Assembly: GCA_965202585.1 (NCBI GenBank)
Contig: OZ241827.1
Span: 25,296,001 to 25,360,000 of the forward strand
Reading direction: 5' to 3'
From: Thalia democratica
Lineage: Eukaryota
Length of the DNA: 64,000 nucleotides
The first letter of the stretch is position 1. Every line of letters begins with the position of its first letter. This document shows, piece after piece, positions 62,410-64,000 of the stretch. The notes beneath the pieces are model-generated. The model worked only from the letters and a program-made list of their open reading frames with translations, was not told the origin of the DNA and ran no database searches. The translations under genes were made by a program, and so were the position numbers.

Positions 62410-62516
62410 CGGGTCAAAATTGCACGAGTAACTAAATTGCTAGAAGACAAAATTGCATGAAGATACTTTTGCACCAAGGGTCAAATTTGCACGGAGAGTA
62501 AATTTTGCACGAGAGT
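62410..62516. repeat. Tandem aaaWttgcacg motif array (likely transposon subterminal satellite)
   Basis: gggtcaaaattgcacg / aaattgct / gacaaaattgcatg / tactttgcacc / gggtcaaatttgcacg / taaattttgcacg. Confidence 0.6.
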
Positions 62517-62549
62517 AAAAAAAAATATATATAAATAACAGAAAAAAAA

Positions 62550-62865
62550 CAGGGTTGCCACAGATTAAGCTGAGAAAAAATTCCTGACTTTTTACTAAAA
62601 TTTTCCTGACTTTTCTAAAATAAACTCTTAATTTAAACTTTTTCTTAAATACATAATCTAACACTCGAAATTATACGAAGCTTTCAATCTAATTTCAATA
62701 CAGGTTAAAACAACAGTTATTTTTTGCTGAATTCAATCATAAAACTTCCATTACATCACTTGAACCATCTGTGTACGATTGATGTATTTGCAATAAACAG
62801 ATCTATGATCAAAATACTTGTATTACAGTACAGATCTATGATCAAAATACTTGTATTACAGTAAC
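62550..62865. mobile_element. Left end of the same CAGGG MITE family as 31684-32848, truncated, ending in a 33-bp x2 tandem duplication (62797-62862)
   Basis: cagggttgccacagattaagctgagaaaaa... co-linear with 31684-31950; acagatctatgatcaaaatacttgtattacagt is repeated exactly twice. Confidence 0.75.
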
Positions 62866-63167
62866 CACTCGTATCTTTACGCACTCGTGACGTTACGCAC
62901 TCTAGTTTAGTTACGCATTTTAGAATTCTAAATTTTTTTTTTTTCTTAATGATGCACAAATTAGGTTTAGTGTATACTTTTAATTTAAAATATGTTTTTA
63001 AATGCTAACTCACTTCTCTATATCTTTAGACTTTGTAAACTTATGTTCCTTGACTAATTGATAAGCATTTATACTTCAGTTTATCAGAAATTTTGTTAAC
63101 AATAAGAGAGTAAATTATGAAAAAGTTGTAGTAACATATATAATTTTTATTAAAAAATTTTCATATA

Positions 63168-63955
63168 CAGGGTTGCCACACTCTCAGGGAATCTCAGGGA
63201 ATTTTCAAACTGTAGAAAATCTCAGGGAAACTCAGGGAAACTCAGGGAATTTTGGCATTTTTCTTTTAACTCTGGGAAACTCAGGGAAGTTTTGATTTGT
63301 TCTCTAAATTTCAGGGAAGTTTTTGAAAATATCAGGGAAATTTTTTTCTAGATCTAGAATGAGGTTTAGTTAATCCAGTTTCAATATTTTGTTCAAAAGT
63401 AGTAATTTTTATTATTTAAGTGGTTATTTAGAATTTTTTTAGCCTTGCGGCTAGCTCTTCAATATTCTTAGTATTAACATTGTAGTTTTTTTAAGTTTTA
63501 AATTTATATTTACTTAAGTAAAATAATGAAGTTATTATGTATGCATTTAAGTGAGTTCTTCATGTGAAATTATTACTGTAGTATAATTAAATTTTGTCAA
63601 TTAAAATGTCAAACAAATTAAACTTTATTCTTTTATGTAGAAAGTTAACTAACAAGTTTACACAAAGTTGTGCAAAAATTTAGTTTTTAATTTTTAATTG
63701 GTTTAAACATTTTAAAATTGAGTTTTTGAAAACAGTTTTTTTTCATAAATTTAATGCAGAAGCATACACATACAACCTTCCTTTTATTATTAAAGAAGAA
63801 AATGAGAATGAGGTATTAATAATTTGTGTTAGAAGAGAAATTTTTTTTTTTAAGATTTGAAAAATACTCAGGGAAACTCAGGGAATTTTAAGGTTACTCA
63901 GGGAAATTTTTGGTCACTCAGGGAAGATTTTTTGGCTCAAAGAGTGGCAACCCTG
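63168..63955. mobile_element. Non-autonomous hAT-like DNA transposon, perfect 12-bp TIRs, 6-bp TSD CATATA
   Basis: cagggttgccac ... gtggcaaccctg; CATATA directly on both sides; more than ten tcagggaa-type subterminal repeats. Confidence 0.85.
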
Positions 63956-64000
63956 CATATATTTTTGTTCAAAAGAAGAAATCAATTACAGCACCAAAAG

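Overview
Very AT-rich (roughly 75-80% AT by eye) intron-containing animal genomic DNA. A 10-exon connexin marks it as a chordate, and the many short introns in the connexin CDS point to a tunicate (inference). Genes reconstructed by hand: (1) a Nudix hydrolase of the YJR142W/DUF4743 type, minus strand, partial (949-3223); (2) two tandem, intronless, signal-peptide-bearing paralogues of an unrecognised family (9367-10113, 15907-16704); (3) a tandemly duplicated single-domain F5/8 type C (discoidin) gene, one copy a clear pseudogene (19576-21219), the other with an intact domain but a broken exon-2 acceptor (23357-24755); (4) RTEL1, minus strand, only two coding exons, with a strikingly GC-rich 2.8-kb exon (34483-40506); (5) an atypical connexin with a greatly enlarged second extracellular loop (52999-58411). 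The intergenic DNA holds at least 8 copies of a ~110-nt structured SINE-like repeat with partly twister-ribozyme-like organisation, TTAA-flanked (Kolobok-like) MITEs, CAGGG-ended MITEs with 6-bp target duplications, a Penelope GIY-YIG remnant, and a decayed retroelement-like ORF carrying an intronless Y-box cold-shock domain. No tRNA, rRNA or CRISPR was seen. All exon models, GC values and alignments were done by eye; no database search was run.
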